Origin: a virus
Lineage: Duplodnaviria > Caudoviricetes
Length of the DNA: 64,000 bases
Reading direction: 5' to 3' (one strand)
Virus record (IMG/VR): IMGVR_UViG_3300027255_000165
Part shown: one piece after another, positions 15,183 to 24,564 of the stretch
How positions within the stretch are numbered: position 1 is the first letter of the stretch
Layout: each line of letters begins with the position of its first letter
The notes under the pieces: model-generated
What the model was told of the DNA's origin: nothing
Databases searched by the model: none
What the model saw: the letters and a program-made list of their open reading frames with translations, nothing else
Translations under genes and position numbers: made by a program

Positions 15183-17116
15183 CTTGCGTTTCTATATCGT
15201 TGGTACGAAAGAGATGGAATGGCGTTATCTATCACCAATGCGTATTGTGCGTCTCTAACTAGAGATTGGTTTAACACATTGGAATGTTGTTCTTCCTCAA
15301 TGGTCTTTTTCCAAATTCTAATGTTTGTCATCTTTAATTTACCACCTCTTAATTGATAACCTCTATCCACATCCCAAATAAATGATTGTGTTGTAGGTCT
15401 AATTTCTCTAAATTGAAGTTCAAGGTTGTTATTACCATCTTGTGGTCTAACGTAATTGAGTTGTTCATTTAGATAGTACATATACACTCCAATTTCTCTA
15501 AAGTCGTTTGATAGATTGATAACAATCGCATACCATTCGTCAGTTGACATGATCATACCGTGCATGAAAGTGTATGGTTGATTATTAATCATCAACTCTA
15601 ATTTTGATGATGAAAGTCTTGCCGTTAAACCAACGCCAAACTGTTCGCCTTGGATCAAAACATATTTGGTTGTATCTAAGTTATCAAAGGTCGGTTGAAC
15701 CCAGAATGTAAATGCTAAGTTTTCTTCTTGCGTTTGTTTTGCAGGTTGAATATATTCAACTGCAGTCTGATCATTTGGAACAGTACTTAGATTATAGTGA
15801 TGCTTAGATACAATTGTCCATCTGTTTTTCAAATCATAGTCAACTATTTTAACTAGGGCATTTGCACCAGTTCTAACGCCATCTTCCCAAATATGAGATA
15901 CTCCTTGAAGTTGTTGCGGCTTTGTAACCTTTTTGCTCTCGTCCTGAATTTCAGCTCCAAAAATGTCATCCATTCCAACTACTAGGTCTTGCAATTCTGC
16001 TTCTGCCTCTGGAGACTTGATAACCGCCGAACGATCTTGATATTTCGCTAGCATCACTCTCCAGTATGTATGGTTAACATTGAACTCATCTGCCAGTGAC
16101 ACAGATTTGACCTCGTACATCCTGTTTAGTTTTGGGAAGTACAAGTAATCTTTAACTCTTGGTCTCTTAAATGGTCCGAAAGTCTTTTCAAATTGATAGT
16201 CAGCAATGTGAATTTCAAAATCTTCAAAGCCCATGCCGAAGATGTCGTAATTGATTTGTTGTGTTGGCATTTCATTATCTGGAACCGAAACTTTAACGTC
16301 TCCTTGGGCAACTACGTTAAACAAAGAATACTCCATGAAAGTAACGTCTCTGGTTCTTTCATCGGGTTCAGTTCTGTAATATCTTACTGGCCATCCAAAG
16401 ATGTCAGTTGAAATTTCTACAAGCTGTCTGTACAGATTATCGCTCTTATTTAATTCGTATGGCTTAAAGATATTTTCATCAGTCGTACATGGTTTAATGT
16501 TGGCGCAACCAATATATGAATATGGATCATCGCATCCTAAGCAATACTGTGGACAAGCTATGATTTCTCCTTCAGTGGTTTCAAGTGTGAACGTAATACT
16601 GATCATCGTTAATGACGCACCTAGCGTTAAACGATCAACAGTACCTTTAACGTCAATCCAAAGTGGTCTCGTTCCATCCCATGCGATAAACATCAGATCA
16701 CCAGGATTCATATCTTTGGTCAATAATTTGAATTCACTGAATTCTTCATTAGTGTGAGACCATCGGTATTCGTAAATAAACTCATTGTTTGCATCTGGCA
16801 AAATCATGAAAGTTGCCATCGATGCAGTGAAAGGTGCTGGATCAGCAAGTTCAATGTGAAGTGGAGTAACTTGAAGTGCAACTTCAAGTACGTGATTACC
16901 TACGATGATAGAATCACCAGGACTTAGATTAAAATTAGTACCGTACCCTGAAACGGTCGTAGACCCTTCAGTAAAACTAATTTTACCTACCGTATAATCG
17001 TTACTTAGACCGGCCAAAATAGACCAATCTGTCACACGAATTACGTTTTCATACGGATCGACAAGTTTTCCAATGATGAAATCTCCGATCTCATTTGCTG
17101 TTGAGCCAGTTACCAT
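15179..17116 (-). CDS. neck protein (gp14-like domain) with N-terminal extension and C-terminal LamG-like domain
   Basis: FGWPVRYY...PRVKDYLYFP..NRMYEV gp14-like region; beta-rich C-terminus ending NIRIW. Confidence 0.6.
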   Translation of the reverse strand: MVTGSTANEIGDFIIGKLVDPYENVIRVTDWSILAGLSNDYTVGKISFTEGSTTVSGYGTNFNLSPGDSIIVGNHVLEVALQVTPLHIELADPAPFTASMATFMILPDANNEFIYEYRWSHTNEEFSEFKLLTKDMNPGDLMFIAWDGTRPLWIDVKGTVDRLTLGASLTMISITFTLETTEGEIIACPQYCLGCDDPYSYIGCANIKPCTTDENIFKPYELNKSDNLYRQLVEISTDIFGWPVRYYRTEPDERTRDVTFMEYSLFNVVAQGDVKVSVPDNEMPTQQINYDIFGMGFEDFEIHIADYQFEKTFGPFKRPRVKDYLYFPKLNRMYEVKSVSLADEFNVNHTYWRVMLAKYQDRSAVIKSPEAEAELQDLVVGMDDIFGAEIQDESKKVTKPQQLQGVSHIWEDGVRTGANALVKIVDYDLKNRWTIVSKHHYNLSTVPNDQTAVEYIQPAKQTQEENLAFTFWVQPTFDNLDTTKYVLIQGEQFGVGLTARLSSSKLELMINNQPYTFMHGMIMSTDEWYAIVINLSNDFREIGVYMYYLNEQLNYVRPQDGNNNLELQFREIRPTTQSFIWDVDRGYQLRGGKLKMTNIRIWKKTIEEEQHSNVLNQSLVRDAQYALVIDNAIPSLSYQRYRNAR

Positions 17117-17123
17117 AAACTAT

Positions 17124-17624
17124 TTATACTTCAATGTTTTTGGCCTCGTCGGAAGGTTCTTCACCAATGATCTTTGGAACCGATGGTTTCTGACTGAAAG
17201 TTGGCTTTGAAACCGGTTTAGATTTGACAATATCCTGAGGTTTGTAAACTTCACCCGCAATCCAAGATGCAATGAAACCCGTAAGTGATACGAAGTAAAC
17301 TGCTAGATCGCTCAAATTAGCCTTAAACCATATTGCAAATCCACCAACAATGGTCCATAGAGCAACGATAATGTATATCATTACTTCTCGTCTAGAGTTT
17401 GGACCCTCTTTCATTAAACCAGTCTTTTCACTTGGCCTACGAGACTCTCCCCAGATATAAGTTGCAACGTATGCTGTTAGTGAACCAAAGTAGGCTGCAA
17501 GTTGAGTGAAATCAGTATCTTTATAAGCTCCAAGAACTCCCATTGTAATCCATAACAGAACAACAATGTAAACCAACTCCTCACGCTTACCAAAATCCTT
17601 TAGTAATTCGCGTAGTTTTTTCAT
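17124..17624 (-). CDS. membrane protein with 2-fold internal repeat (holin candidate)
   Basis: Two ~50-aa repeats, each with two hydrophobic helices; basic/acidic tail. Confidence 0.7.
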   Translation of the reverse strand: MKKLRELLKDFGKREELVYIVVLLWITMGVLGAYKDTDFTQLAAYFGSLTAYVATYIWGESRRPSEKTGLMKEGPNSRREVMIYIIVALWTIVGGFAIWFKANLSDLAVYFVSLTGFIASWIAGEVYKPQDIVKSKPVSKPTFSQKPSVPKIIGEEPSDEAKNIEV

Positions 17625-17645
17625 TCAGAAAGTGAGACTTTCTTT

Positions 17646-17653
17646 TATATATC
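17646..17653 (-). promoter_or_regulatory. late promoter GATATATA
   Basis: Recurring octamer. Confidence 0.65.
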
Positions 17654-18304
17654 TCACCAATCCGTGACTAAAAGTACTTCAGGATTATCACCTTCCAGTT
17701 TATGGTCAATGATGTCTAAAATCATTGCAAGGGATTCGGCCGTTTGATCAGACATGTCTTCTGAACCTAAAATACTTTCAACTCCCATAGTCAATCGCTT
17801 AATAGGCATTGAGTTGTATGGCTTTTCACCAATCAAACCAGCAGATCTCAACAGTGGATTGATCTTTTTAATTTCATGAACATCAATAAATTCGCTCAAT
17901 CTAACGGTCGCTCTAAGAATCTTATAAGAATACTTTATTTGTCGAGTTGTATTTTCAAAATCTTCAATTACTCTACTAAAGTTTCTACGCTTGGAAAGTG
18001 TTAATTTGATCCATTTTAATCTGCCAAAATCTTCAACAATCTTGTGAAGAAAGAATAGAGATGAAGCATCCTTGTGAATCAACTCAAAGGTGATGGCCTT
18101 AATACGTCTAATTTCTTTCTCAAAGTTATATTCAAACATCGTCTCCAATTGATATGGAGTAACTAAAATAGATTCATCGTCAACCCTCATGTAGTCCAAC
18201 TGATTCAGACATTTAGTCCAAATCAAATTATCATAGTGATTATACTTGAACAGCGTCACGTCAATCACATCTACGAAGTCGGATGAGTTGTATATTTTCA
18301 TCAA
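17654..18304 (-). CDS. hypothetical protein
   Basis: 216-aa ORF overlapping upstream stop. Confidence 0.8.
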   Translation of the reverse strand: MMKIYNSSDFVDVIDVTLFKYNHYDNLIWTKCLNQLDYMRVDDESILVTPYQLETMFEYNFEKEIRRIKAITFELIHKDASSLFFLHKIVEDFGRLKWIKLTLSKRRNFSRVIEDFENTTRQIKYSYKILRATVRLSEFIDVHEIKKINPLLRSAGLIGEKPYNSMPIKRLTMGVESILGSEDMSDQTAESLAMILDIIDHKLEGDNPEVLLVTDW

Positions 18305-18732
18305 TAAACTTTGATTGATTTTTCAATCATTTGAAGGTCTTTGTACAATTCAAATTGCGCAAACTTTTTCAGTTCTTCAAATTCTCTTTTGCCAATTTCA
18401 TTTTTGGTCATATAGAATTTAACTGCTTCGTCTGAAGGTATATATTGATCTTTTACTTTGGCTGCAGACGGTGAAGCTTTTTTGGTCTTGGTGTAAATCC
18501 AACCTGGAACGCCTTTAAATCTACCTGCGACCATTCTCCAACTATCAACCACGTGAGAACCTTCAATACCGTTAAGATTGAACGCGTTTGCATTATCAGG
18601 AAACTTAATCGAAAAGAAACGATTGATCATAAAGAAATGACGCTTCTTATTATGCTGTTTAATAGCATCGTACTCTTTGGGTTTTTCGAACATCATTTTA
18701 ATGAAGTCGAACAATTTAGTTTCGTCCAGCAT
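18301..18732 (-). CDS. gp62: clamp loader small subunit (gp62-like)
   Basis: FFMINRFFS...WIYTKTKK...AVKFY pattern; close to gp44. Confidence 0.6.
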   Translation of the reverse strand: MLDETKLFDFIKMMFEKPKEYDAIKQHNKKRHFFMINRFFSIKFPDNANAFNLNGIEGSHVVDSWRMVAGRFKGVPGWIYTKTKKASPSAAKVKDQYIPSDEAVKFYMTKNEIGKREFEELKKFAQFELYKDLQMIEKSIKVY

Positions 18733-18761
18733 ATTAATTATACCCCGTAAATATGTTAAGT

Positions 18762-19994
18762 TTAGAACAATTCGTTCAGCTTCTTAGTCTTAGGTTGATC
18801 TTCCTTCTTTGGCTTTTCATCAACTAATTTTAGACCGCTAAAGGGATCCATTCCTTTGGGTACGACTTGTTTATCGCGATCAGTAAAGCCCGTTCCTTCA
18901 AGGATGCGTTCCATCTGTGATAGATTATGGAAATTAGGACTATCATAAGGCTTAGAGATTTCCTTATAGATTGCTTTTAGAATAGGTTCTGGTATGATGC
19001 GAACGTGAAGAAACATTAGTTGAATGTTTTGCATCAAATTAGAAGCAATCTGTTCTACGTTTGAGTTACCAACCGACCTATAGATTACATCGCACATGTG
19101 CTGACGATTTTCTTTGATGAACAAATGTTCTACCTGAAAACTACCATAGTCTTTTTCATATTGTGCAAGAATCTTTTCAGATTGCTTTTCTGTGATTGAA
19201 AAGGTACGATGCTTGCCATTATTCATTTGCTTATCGTAAGTGACAACTGAAGGTATGTTATCTGATTTATCACCGATAAGAATCTTTTTGAACAGAAATT
19301 CACGTGAATCTATTTCTTCAATACTAACGCGATTACGTTTAACCCAATCATTAATATCATCTTTAAGACTACCTGCGATGTCAGAACCTGATAGGTTAAA
19401 TAGTAAGTCATCATCAGACTTGGTATCATTAGACTCACCCTCTAATAGAGCGGTGAAACCGTTAAATGCAATAAGATTACGTTTAGTGTTGTAGTACCAA
19501 AGAGTATAACCATCAGTGGCTTGGGTGTAATCAACCAATTGAATAAGATCACGGTCGCCTGTCCATACGATGCAATTGCGGCCCTGATTGTTTAATTCAG
19601 TTGCCCATGCAAACAGAATATCGTCAGCTTCGGCACCATTAGTTTGTTGAACAATAACACCCTGTTTTTGAAGAACCGTACGAAAGCTATCGTATACACT
19701 ATACACTGCATCCCAATCGACTGAGTCATCGGCTACACGAGTACCCTTGTATTCAGCTTCAGGAAACAGATCTTTACGCCAAGACTTAGAATCAACAGCA
19801 ACAACAACCTGATCAATGAAAGGTCGCATTTTACGAATTTCGCTGGCAATATCGATACACAGCTTGCGCATGAACTGTGCTTTTTCCTTTTCATCTCCTA
19901 ACAGTTTACCGGACTTGCTACGAGGCATGACATATAGACGGCTGTATACAAAGTAGTTGCCATCGATCATTAACGTGTGTTTGCCTAATTTCAT
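18762..19994 (-). CDS. rnh: RNase H / 5'-3' flap exonuclease
   Basis: LMIDGN, SWRK..FP.YKGTR, AEADD, TGDRDL, ILIGDKSDNIP motifs. Confidence 0.92.
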   Translation of the reverse strand: MKLGKHTLMIDGNYFVYSRLYVMPRSKSGKLLGDEKEKAQFMRKLCIDIASEIRKMRPFIDQVVVAVDSKSWRKDLFPEAEYKGTRVADDSVDWDAVYSVYDSFRTVLQKQGVIVQQTNGAEADDILFAWATELNNQGRNCIVWTGDRDLIQLVDYTQATDGYTLWYYNTKRNLIAFNGFTALLEGESNDTKSDDDLLFNLSGSDIAGSLKDDINDWVKRNRVSIEEIDSREFLFKKILIGDKSDNIPSVVTYDKQMNNGKHRTFSITEKQSEKILAQYEKDYGSFQVEHLFIKENRQHMCDVIYRSVGNSNVEQIASNLMQNIQLMFLHVRIIPEPILKAIYKEISKPYDSPNFHNLSQMERILEGTGFTDRDKQVVPKGMDPFSGLKLVDEKPKKEDQPKTKKLNELF

Positions 19995-20015
19995 AACTTT
20001 TATCTTTATAGGGCT

Positions 20016-20039
20016 AATATAACAAATTCCGGTGACCCG
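20016..20039 (-). promoter_or_regulatory. class II promoter CGGGTC-N10-GTTATATT
   Basis: Identical architecture at 51076 and 61062. Confidence 0.7.
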
Positions 20040-20045
20040 AGGAAA

Positions 20046-21002
20046 TTATTGCTTAATAATTGTTTGTATTTTGTAAATACATGACAACATTGTAATAACT
20101 GGATCAATCACATTGATTCGTTGAGCTTGATGCTCAGCGACAACAATGATGATTTGAGGAATAAATCTTGCAGCCTGTGTTTTTTCTTGCTTGATGTATT
20201 CAATGAAGTCTTGTCCTAGTGATTGTAGAACATCATCAACACGATTAGAGTATTCACTAACGAGAAGCTTATAGTTCTTCACTGGATCCATTTCGTTAAA
20301 GATGAGTTCAAACACGTCTTTATAGACCGAGTTGAATCGTTTTACATCTTCGATACCAATTGAAGTGGTACCCTGTGACTTATAACCTTGAAGTTTGTTT
20401 AAAGTTGTGCGAAGGTCTGGGAAGTTACGACGAACAAACTCAACCAATGCATCTTTTTCAATCGTCAAGTCTTCGTCTTTACAAACTTCATGAACGCGGC
20501 GAATGTATTTCTTAGTTAATTCAGCTTCTTCATTCTTATCAAAGTCAAAGTTAATGACTTCAAATCGGCTAAGAATTGGATCTGGTAACTTGTTAATGTA
20601 GTTACATGTTGCAATGAATCGTGAGTTGGAAGCAAATTGTTCCATCGTAGCACGAAGAGCCTTGAAGAACTGATCAGATACACCATCGACCTCATCAAGA
20701 ATAACTACCTTGAATTTATTTCGGTCATCTAGGATTGACATGGTTGAACAGAAGTCAGTGATACGAGTTCTGATAACATCAACTGATGTATCTGTTGAAG
20801 CGTTAATATATAGGTAAGGTAACTCAAACTGATTGACAATTGCCTTAGCAGTTGATGTTTTACCAGTCCCTGGGCTTCCAGCGAACAGCATGTTCTGTTG
20901 GATTCCATCTTTGAACTTGTTCATCACTCGTTCGGGTAGAATCAAATGGTCCAAGTTCTTTGGACGGTACTTTTCAGTAAAGAGTTGCGTCAATGATTGC
21001 AT
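20046..21002 (-). CDS. gp44: clamp loader large subunit (RFC/gp44)
   Basis: TEKYRP, Walker A GSPGTGKT, ILDEVD, SRF motifs. Confidence 0.95.
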   Translation of the reverse strand: MQSLTQLFTEKYRPKNLDHLILPERVMNKFKDGIQQNMLFAGSPGTGKTSTAKAIVNQFELPYLYINASTDTSVDVIRTRITDFCSTMSILDDRNKFKVVILDEVDGVSDQFFKALRATMEQFASNSRFIATCNYINKLPDPILSRFEVINFDFDKNEEAELTKKYIRRVHEVCKDEDLTIEKDALVEFVRRNFPDLRTTLNKLQGYKSQGTTSIGIEDVKRFNSVYKDVFELIFNEMDPVKNYKLLVSEYSNRVDDVLQSLGQDFIEYIKQEKTQAARFIPQIIIVVAEHQAQRINVIDPVITMLSCIYKIQTIIKQ

Positions 21003-21021
21003 AATTTACACGTTTACAGAG

Positions 21022-21051
21022 GTTATACCTCACAGCTTACAGTTAGTTTCA
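21022..21051 (-). promoter_or_regulatory. class I promoter TGAAAC-N18-TATAAC
   Basis: Upstream of gp44; -10 box lies within palindrome GAGGT-TAT-ACCTC. Confidence 0.6.
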
Positions 21052-21558
21052 ATGGCATACGCTAAGAAATATCCGCACATCAAATATAAAGACGGGGTCA
21101 GGGGCAAACATGGAGTTGCGTTTGAAACCCTGTCCAAGTTACATAAGCGTTTTCTACTAGAACATCCAAACATCAAAGACTTTGTAAAGGATGAGCAGAA
21201 ACTGAAGGCTGTATTAGGATTATTCAGAGGTTCAAATGATCGTCACAAGACCAAGCTGTTCTATGACTGGATTGAAGGTGATCTTAAAAAGATCGACGAT
21301 GTATACGATTCTTATAGATCGATCGATTGGGCTTGCGCAATCTCTGGACGTCCGATCAAATCTAAGATGGGTGACTTTAGCGCTCGAAACTTTGTACACC
21401 CAGAGTATTGGGATGCCCTTGAGGTTGGCATTAACCAGAGTGTACTGAAATCTTCACTTGAGTTTCGCCAAAAATGTCAACAGCTCCTCCTGAATGAACA
21501 GAAGGAGCTGATGAAAGTGTTCAAAAAGAATGCTAATCCTCGAAAGAGATTAGATTAG
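21052..21558 (+). CDS. hypothetical protein (counter-oriented)
   Basis: 168 aa from ATG 21052; fills the gap between gp44 and head genes. Confidence 0.8.
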   Translation: MAYAKKYPHIKYKDGVRGKHGVAFETLSKLHKRFLLEHPNIKDFVKDEQKLKAVLGLFRGSNDRHKTKLFYDWIEGDLKKIDDVYDSYRSIDWACAISGRPIKSKMGDFSARNFVHPEYWDALEVGINQSVLKSSLEFRQKCQQLLLNEQKELMKVFKKNANPRKRLD

Positions 21559-22764
21559 TTTTGCAAATCTATCTTTAACTGTGTTAATAGTGTAACGTGA
21601 TTCGTTTAAAGAATTAGAGTATTCTACCTTTTTAATTTTAGCATCGTACTTGGAATATAAAGGTGTTCCGTTTAGTTGCCATTCTTCTTTTTCTGAAATT
21701 TCAGAAGCAAGTTCATTTAAACCCAATTCTTCAGCCCTTAGAATCAATGATTCTTTTGTAGCAGTCTTTTTAACCAGTGCAGATTTAGCATCTTTCATCT
21801 GTTTAATATCTTGTTTAGACTTATCGATTTCGGCTTTAATATTGATGATCTTTTCGTCGAAAGATTCGGGATCGGTTGACTTTGCCTTTTCGTCTTCAAC
21901 TGATTTTAGCTTCTTCTTAAGATCAGCTTCTCTTGCCATTTCATCTTTGATATTCTGATCATATTGAGCAATATCTGCCTCCATGTTATCGTCTTTTCTA
22001 GGTTCTTCCTGTTGAGGTTCCTGTTGAGGTTCCTGTTCAGGTTCCTGTTGAGGTTCATTATTGGATGTTTTTTTAGCTTTCGCCGCCGCAGCTGCTTCTT
22101 GATCCTTTTTATCTTGCGCAGATTTCGCAGCTGTTTTTTTATCTTCTTCAGAAGGTTCAAGCTCTTTTAGAGCAGCTTCATTTTCTTTGTATCTTTTTTG
22201 AAGATCGGCCATTCTTTGCTTTAAATCACCAGCTTCTTTTTTATCAATACCTGCACCTGAGTGAGCTTTGATAACTGCTAGCTCTCCTTCAATTTTAGCG
22301 TTTGATAATTTCTTATCTACTAAACCTCCTTTGTTAGCAAATCTATCATTGACAGCATCTTGTAGAGATTTGATTTGACTGGTAAGAAGGGTTTCCCTGT
22401 CTTTGATCTTGTTCTTTTGCTCTGTGTTTGGAGCTTCATCCCTTGCAATCTCAAGAGCAACTTTATTAACCTTAATGTTATTAACCTTCTTTTGAGCTTT
22501 AACGGCTTTCATTGAAGTAATCCATTGAACGATAATGTTGTCGTCGCCGGCTTCTTCAATTTTTTCAGGAGTATTGAATTCTTCTTCTAGCTCCTCAGAT
22601 ACTTGAGAAACTAGAGTTTCTAGTGATGTGATGATAGTATCGACATCTTTAATAACCGCCTCTCTTGAAGTAGCGGACGTTGTTTCTGCCGCGGCAGGGG
22701 CTTCAGCACCTTCCTTTAAGAAAGATTCATAAAGCTTGATCGCAGATTTCATCTTTAATTTCAT
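21550..22764 (-). CDS. internal head / prohead core protein
   Basis: Downstream of capsid gene, late promoter, AIKLYESFLKE signal, coiled-coil and charged. Confidence 0.65.
   Translation of the reverse strand: MKLKMKSAIKLYESFLKEGAEAPAAAETTSATSREAVIKDVDTIITSLETLVSQVSEELEEEFNTPEKIEEAGDDNIIVQWITSMKAVKAQKKVNNIKVNKVALEIARDEAPNTEQKNKIKDRETLLTSQIKSLQDAVNDRFANKGGLVDKKLSNAKIEGELAVIKAHSGAGIDKKEAGDLKQRMADLQKRYKENEAALKELEPSEEDKKTAAKSAQDKKDQEAAAAAKAKKTSNNEPQQEPEQEPQQEPQQEEPRKDDNMEADIAQYDQNIKDEMAREADLKKKLKSVEDEKAKSTDPESFDEKIINIKAEIDKSKQDIKQMKDAKSALVKKTATKESLILRAEELGLNELASEISEKEEWQLNGTPLYSKYDAKIKKVEYSNSLNESRYTINTVKDRFAKLI
22006..22053. repeat. 12-bp tandem repeat x4 (EPQQ/EPEQ linker)
   Basis: ttcctgttgagg x3 plus one ttcctgttcagg. 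Confidence 0.9.
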
Positions 22765-22792
22765 AGTTGTAGATGTATTTTTATCTATAACC

Positions 22793-22800
22793 TATATATC
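22793..22800 (-). promoter_or_regulatory. late promoter GATATATA
   Basis: Recurring octamer. Confidence 0.65.
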
Positions 22801-22804
22801 CTAT

Positions 22805-22837
22805 AAAAAAAGAAGGGCTCCATTTCTGGAGCCCTTC
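22805..22837 (-). terminator. intrinsic terminator after major capsid gene
   Basis: GAAGGGCTCCA/TGGAGCCCTTC stem plus T7. Confidence 0.85.
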
Positions 22838-22863
22838 AAGAAGGATTATACTAAATCTAAAGA

Positions 22864-24357
22864 TTAAGCTAGGTTTAGTAGGTTAGACCAAGTAGCACCA
22901 GCTGCGTCATTCGTAACTTCGAATGATACGTACTGAGTCTCTGGGTGGAAACCTGCTTCAACTAGAGCGAATCTAGACTTAACAGCAATCTTAGGAGCCA
23001 TAGTACCCTCTGCGATAGTCTGAACTGATTCAGCCATTAGGTATGGCATGAATACTAGACCTGGAGAGTTACCATCACCTTTTCTACCAACTACTACAGT
23101 GTAATCGTCCCATGCTTTTCTTGGATCAGTGTAAACATTGATACCAGCAACAGAACCTACAGGGTAGATAGCACCAGCAGCTTGAGAGATAGTGTTAGCC
23201 ATTGGGTTTGCAACGAAACCAGCTACAGCTTGAAGAACAGTTGCAGTCTGTGGACCAACAACTGCGAAGTTACCAGCACCTCTTCTACCTCTGTTAGCGA
23301 TCAAGTTAGCAGCAGCTAGAATCTGTGAAAGAAGTCTTCTGTGAACTGAAGCAACAGTCTCGCCACCAGCTAGATCAGCAGCAGCAGGAAGTTTTAGGTC
23401 GAAACCAGTTGAATTACCAAGTACATTAAGAGGAGCTGCTGGGAATACAGACTTAACGTTTCTGTAACCTAGAACCTTCATTTCTCTTAGGATTAGGTTG
23501 TTGATTGACTGAGTTAGTTCGTTAGTTAGAACTGCCTCAACTTGAGCTACAGCGTCAACACCGAATTGCTTAAGATCTTGAACTTGCTCTCTAGTAACTG
23601 CAGCAGCAACTTGGAAAGTTTCAGCAGCAACTGACTTAGAGAATAGAGATAGACCCATGATGTTCTCAGCCTTTCTCTCACCGTCTTCTCTCTTGAAAGG
23701 ATCGCCAGCAGCGTTAGATGCAGAGAAACCAGGAATGTGGTCTTCTAGAGCCTTAACTAGTTCAACTGTTGCAGCTGGAACAGCTACAGCCAATCTGAAG
23801 TCAGCTTGTACGTTAGCATCGATTAGTGCAGTACCGATCACCTTGTAGATGTCGTTACCGTCGATTCTTGAAGTACCAACGAACTCGTATGCAGCGTGAG
23901 TAGCACCACCAGCGATATCAGCACCAGTACCTGAATCAGTTGAGAAGTAGTATACGTTAGCTAGTTTAGCGTCATCTCTCTTCGCGCCACCGTCGTATAC
24001 GAAGTCTAGGTAAGAAAGTAGACCCATTGGACCAGCCATAGGAACTACAGGAACTAGATCTAGACCTACAGTTTGTGCAGCAACTTGCATTGCTAGAGGA
24101 AGTAGTGATGGAGACTTGTCACCAGAACCGTCACCTGCAGAACCTGCAGTGTTGAATGCTGATGGGAAAGAAACTGCACCCATACCTTTTACCATAGATG
24201 GTAGAACTGAAGAAAGTGTAGCTTCTTCATAAAGCTTGTGATTGTGGCAGTATTCTGACATCCAAGCTAGTTTGTTTGAATCGTTGATACCAGTAGCAGA
24301 CTCGATGATAGGAGCCCATGTTGCTCTGATTTCAGCTTCATTGATTAAATTTGCCAT
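22864..24357 (-). CDS. gp23: major capsid protein (gp23-like)
   Basis: W.PIIE N-terminus, LVPVVPMAGP.GL, NRGRRGAGNF, YTDP, PYL, P.IAVKSRF. Confidence 0.96.
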   Translation of the reverse strand: MANLINEAEIRATWAPIIESATGINDSNKLAWMSEYCHNHKLYEEATLSSVLPSMVKGMGAVSFPSAFNTAGSAGDGSGDKSPSLLPLAMQVAAQTVGLDLVPVVPMAGPMGLLSYLDFVYDGGAKRDDAKLANVYYFSTDSGTGADIAGGATHAAYEFVGTSRIDGNDIYKVIGTALIDANVQADFRLAVAVPAATVELVKALEDHIPGFSASNAAGDPFKREDGERKAENIMGLSLFSKSVAAETFQVAAAVTREQVQDLKQFGVDAVAQVEAVLTNELTQSINNLILREMKVLGYRNVKSVFPAAPLNVLGNSTGFDLKLPAAADLAGGETVASVHRRLLSQILAAANLIANRGRRGAGNFAVVGPQTATVLQAVAGFVANPMANTISQAAGAIYPVGSVAGINVYTDPRKAWDDYTVVVGRKGDGNSPGLVFMPYLMAESVQTIAEGTMAPKIAVKSRFALVEAGFHPETQYVSFEVTNDAAGATWSNLLNLA

Positions 24358-24438
24358 TGTAATTTATAATTTTTTTTGGCGTTTGGTTTTGATTCGACAT
24401 GCTTGAACGTTTTGCTTCTTCGTTCTTGTCGATTAGGG

Positions 24439-24446
24439 TATATATT
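24439..24446 (-). promoter_or_regulatory. late promoter AATATATA (capsid)
   Basis: Recurring octamer; followed by a 5' hairpin at 24394-24432. Confidence 0.7.
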
Positions 24447-24530
24447 CAGTTAATTTGATAACCTTTTCAGATTTTTTTGAAAAAAATGAAAAATATGATT
24501 TTTTATTTACCTGATTATGTTTTATAAGAA

Positions 24531-24557
24531 GAGCCCAGACCCAATGGATCTGGGCTC
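24531..24557 (-). terminator. terminator-like hairpin after protease/scaffold gene
   Basis: GAGCCCAGA/TCTGGGCTC stem. Confidence 0.6.
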
Positions 24558-24564
24558 GTTAGTA

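Noticed and set aside
22006-22053. 12-bp repeat as CRISPR or VNTR regulatory array
   Set aside because: In-frame coding repeat for a Pro/Gln/Glu linker with no spacers
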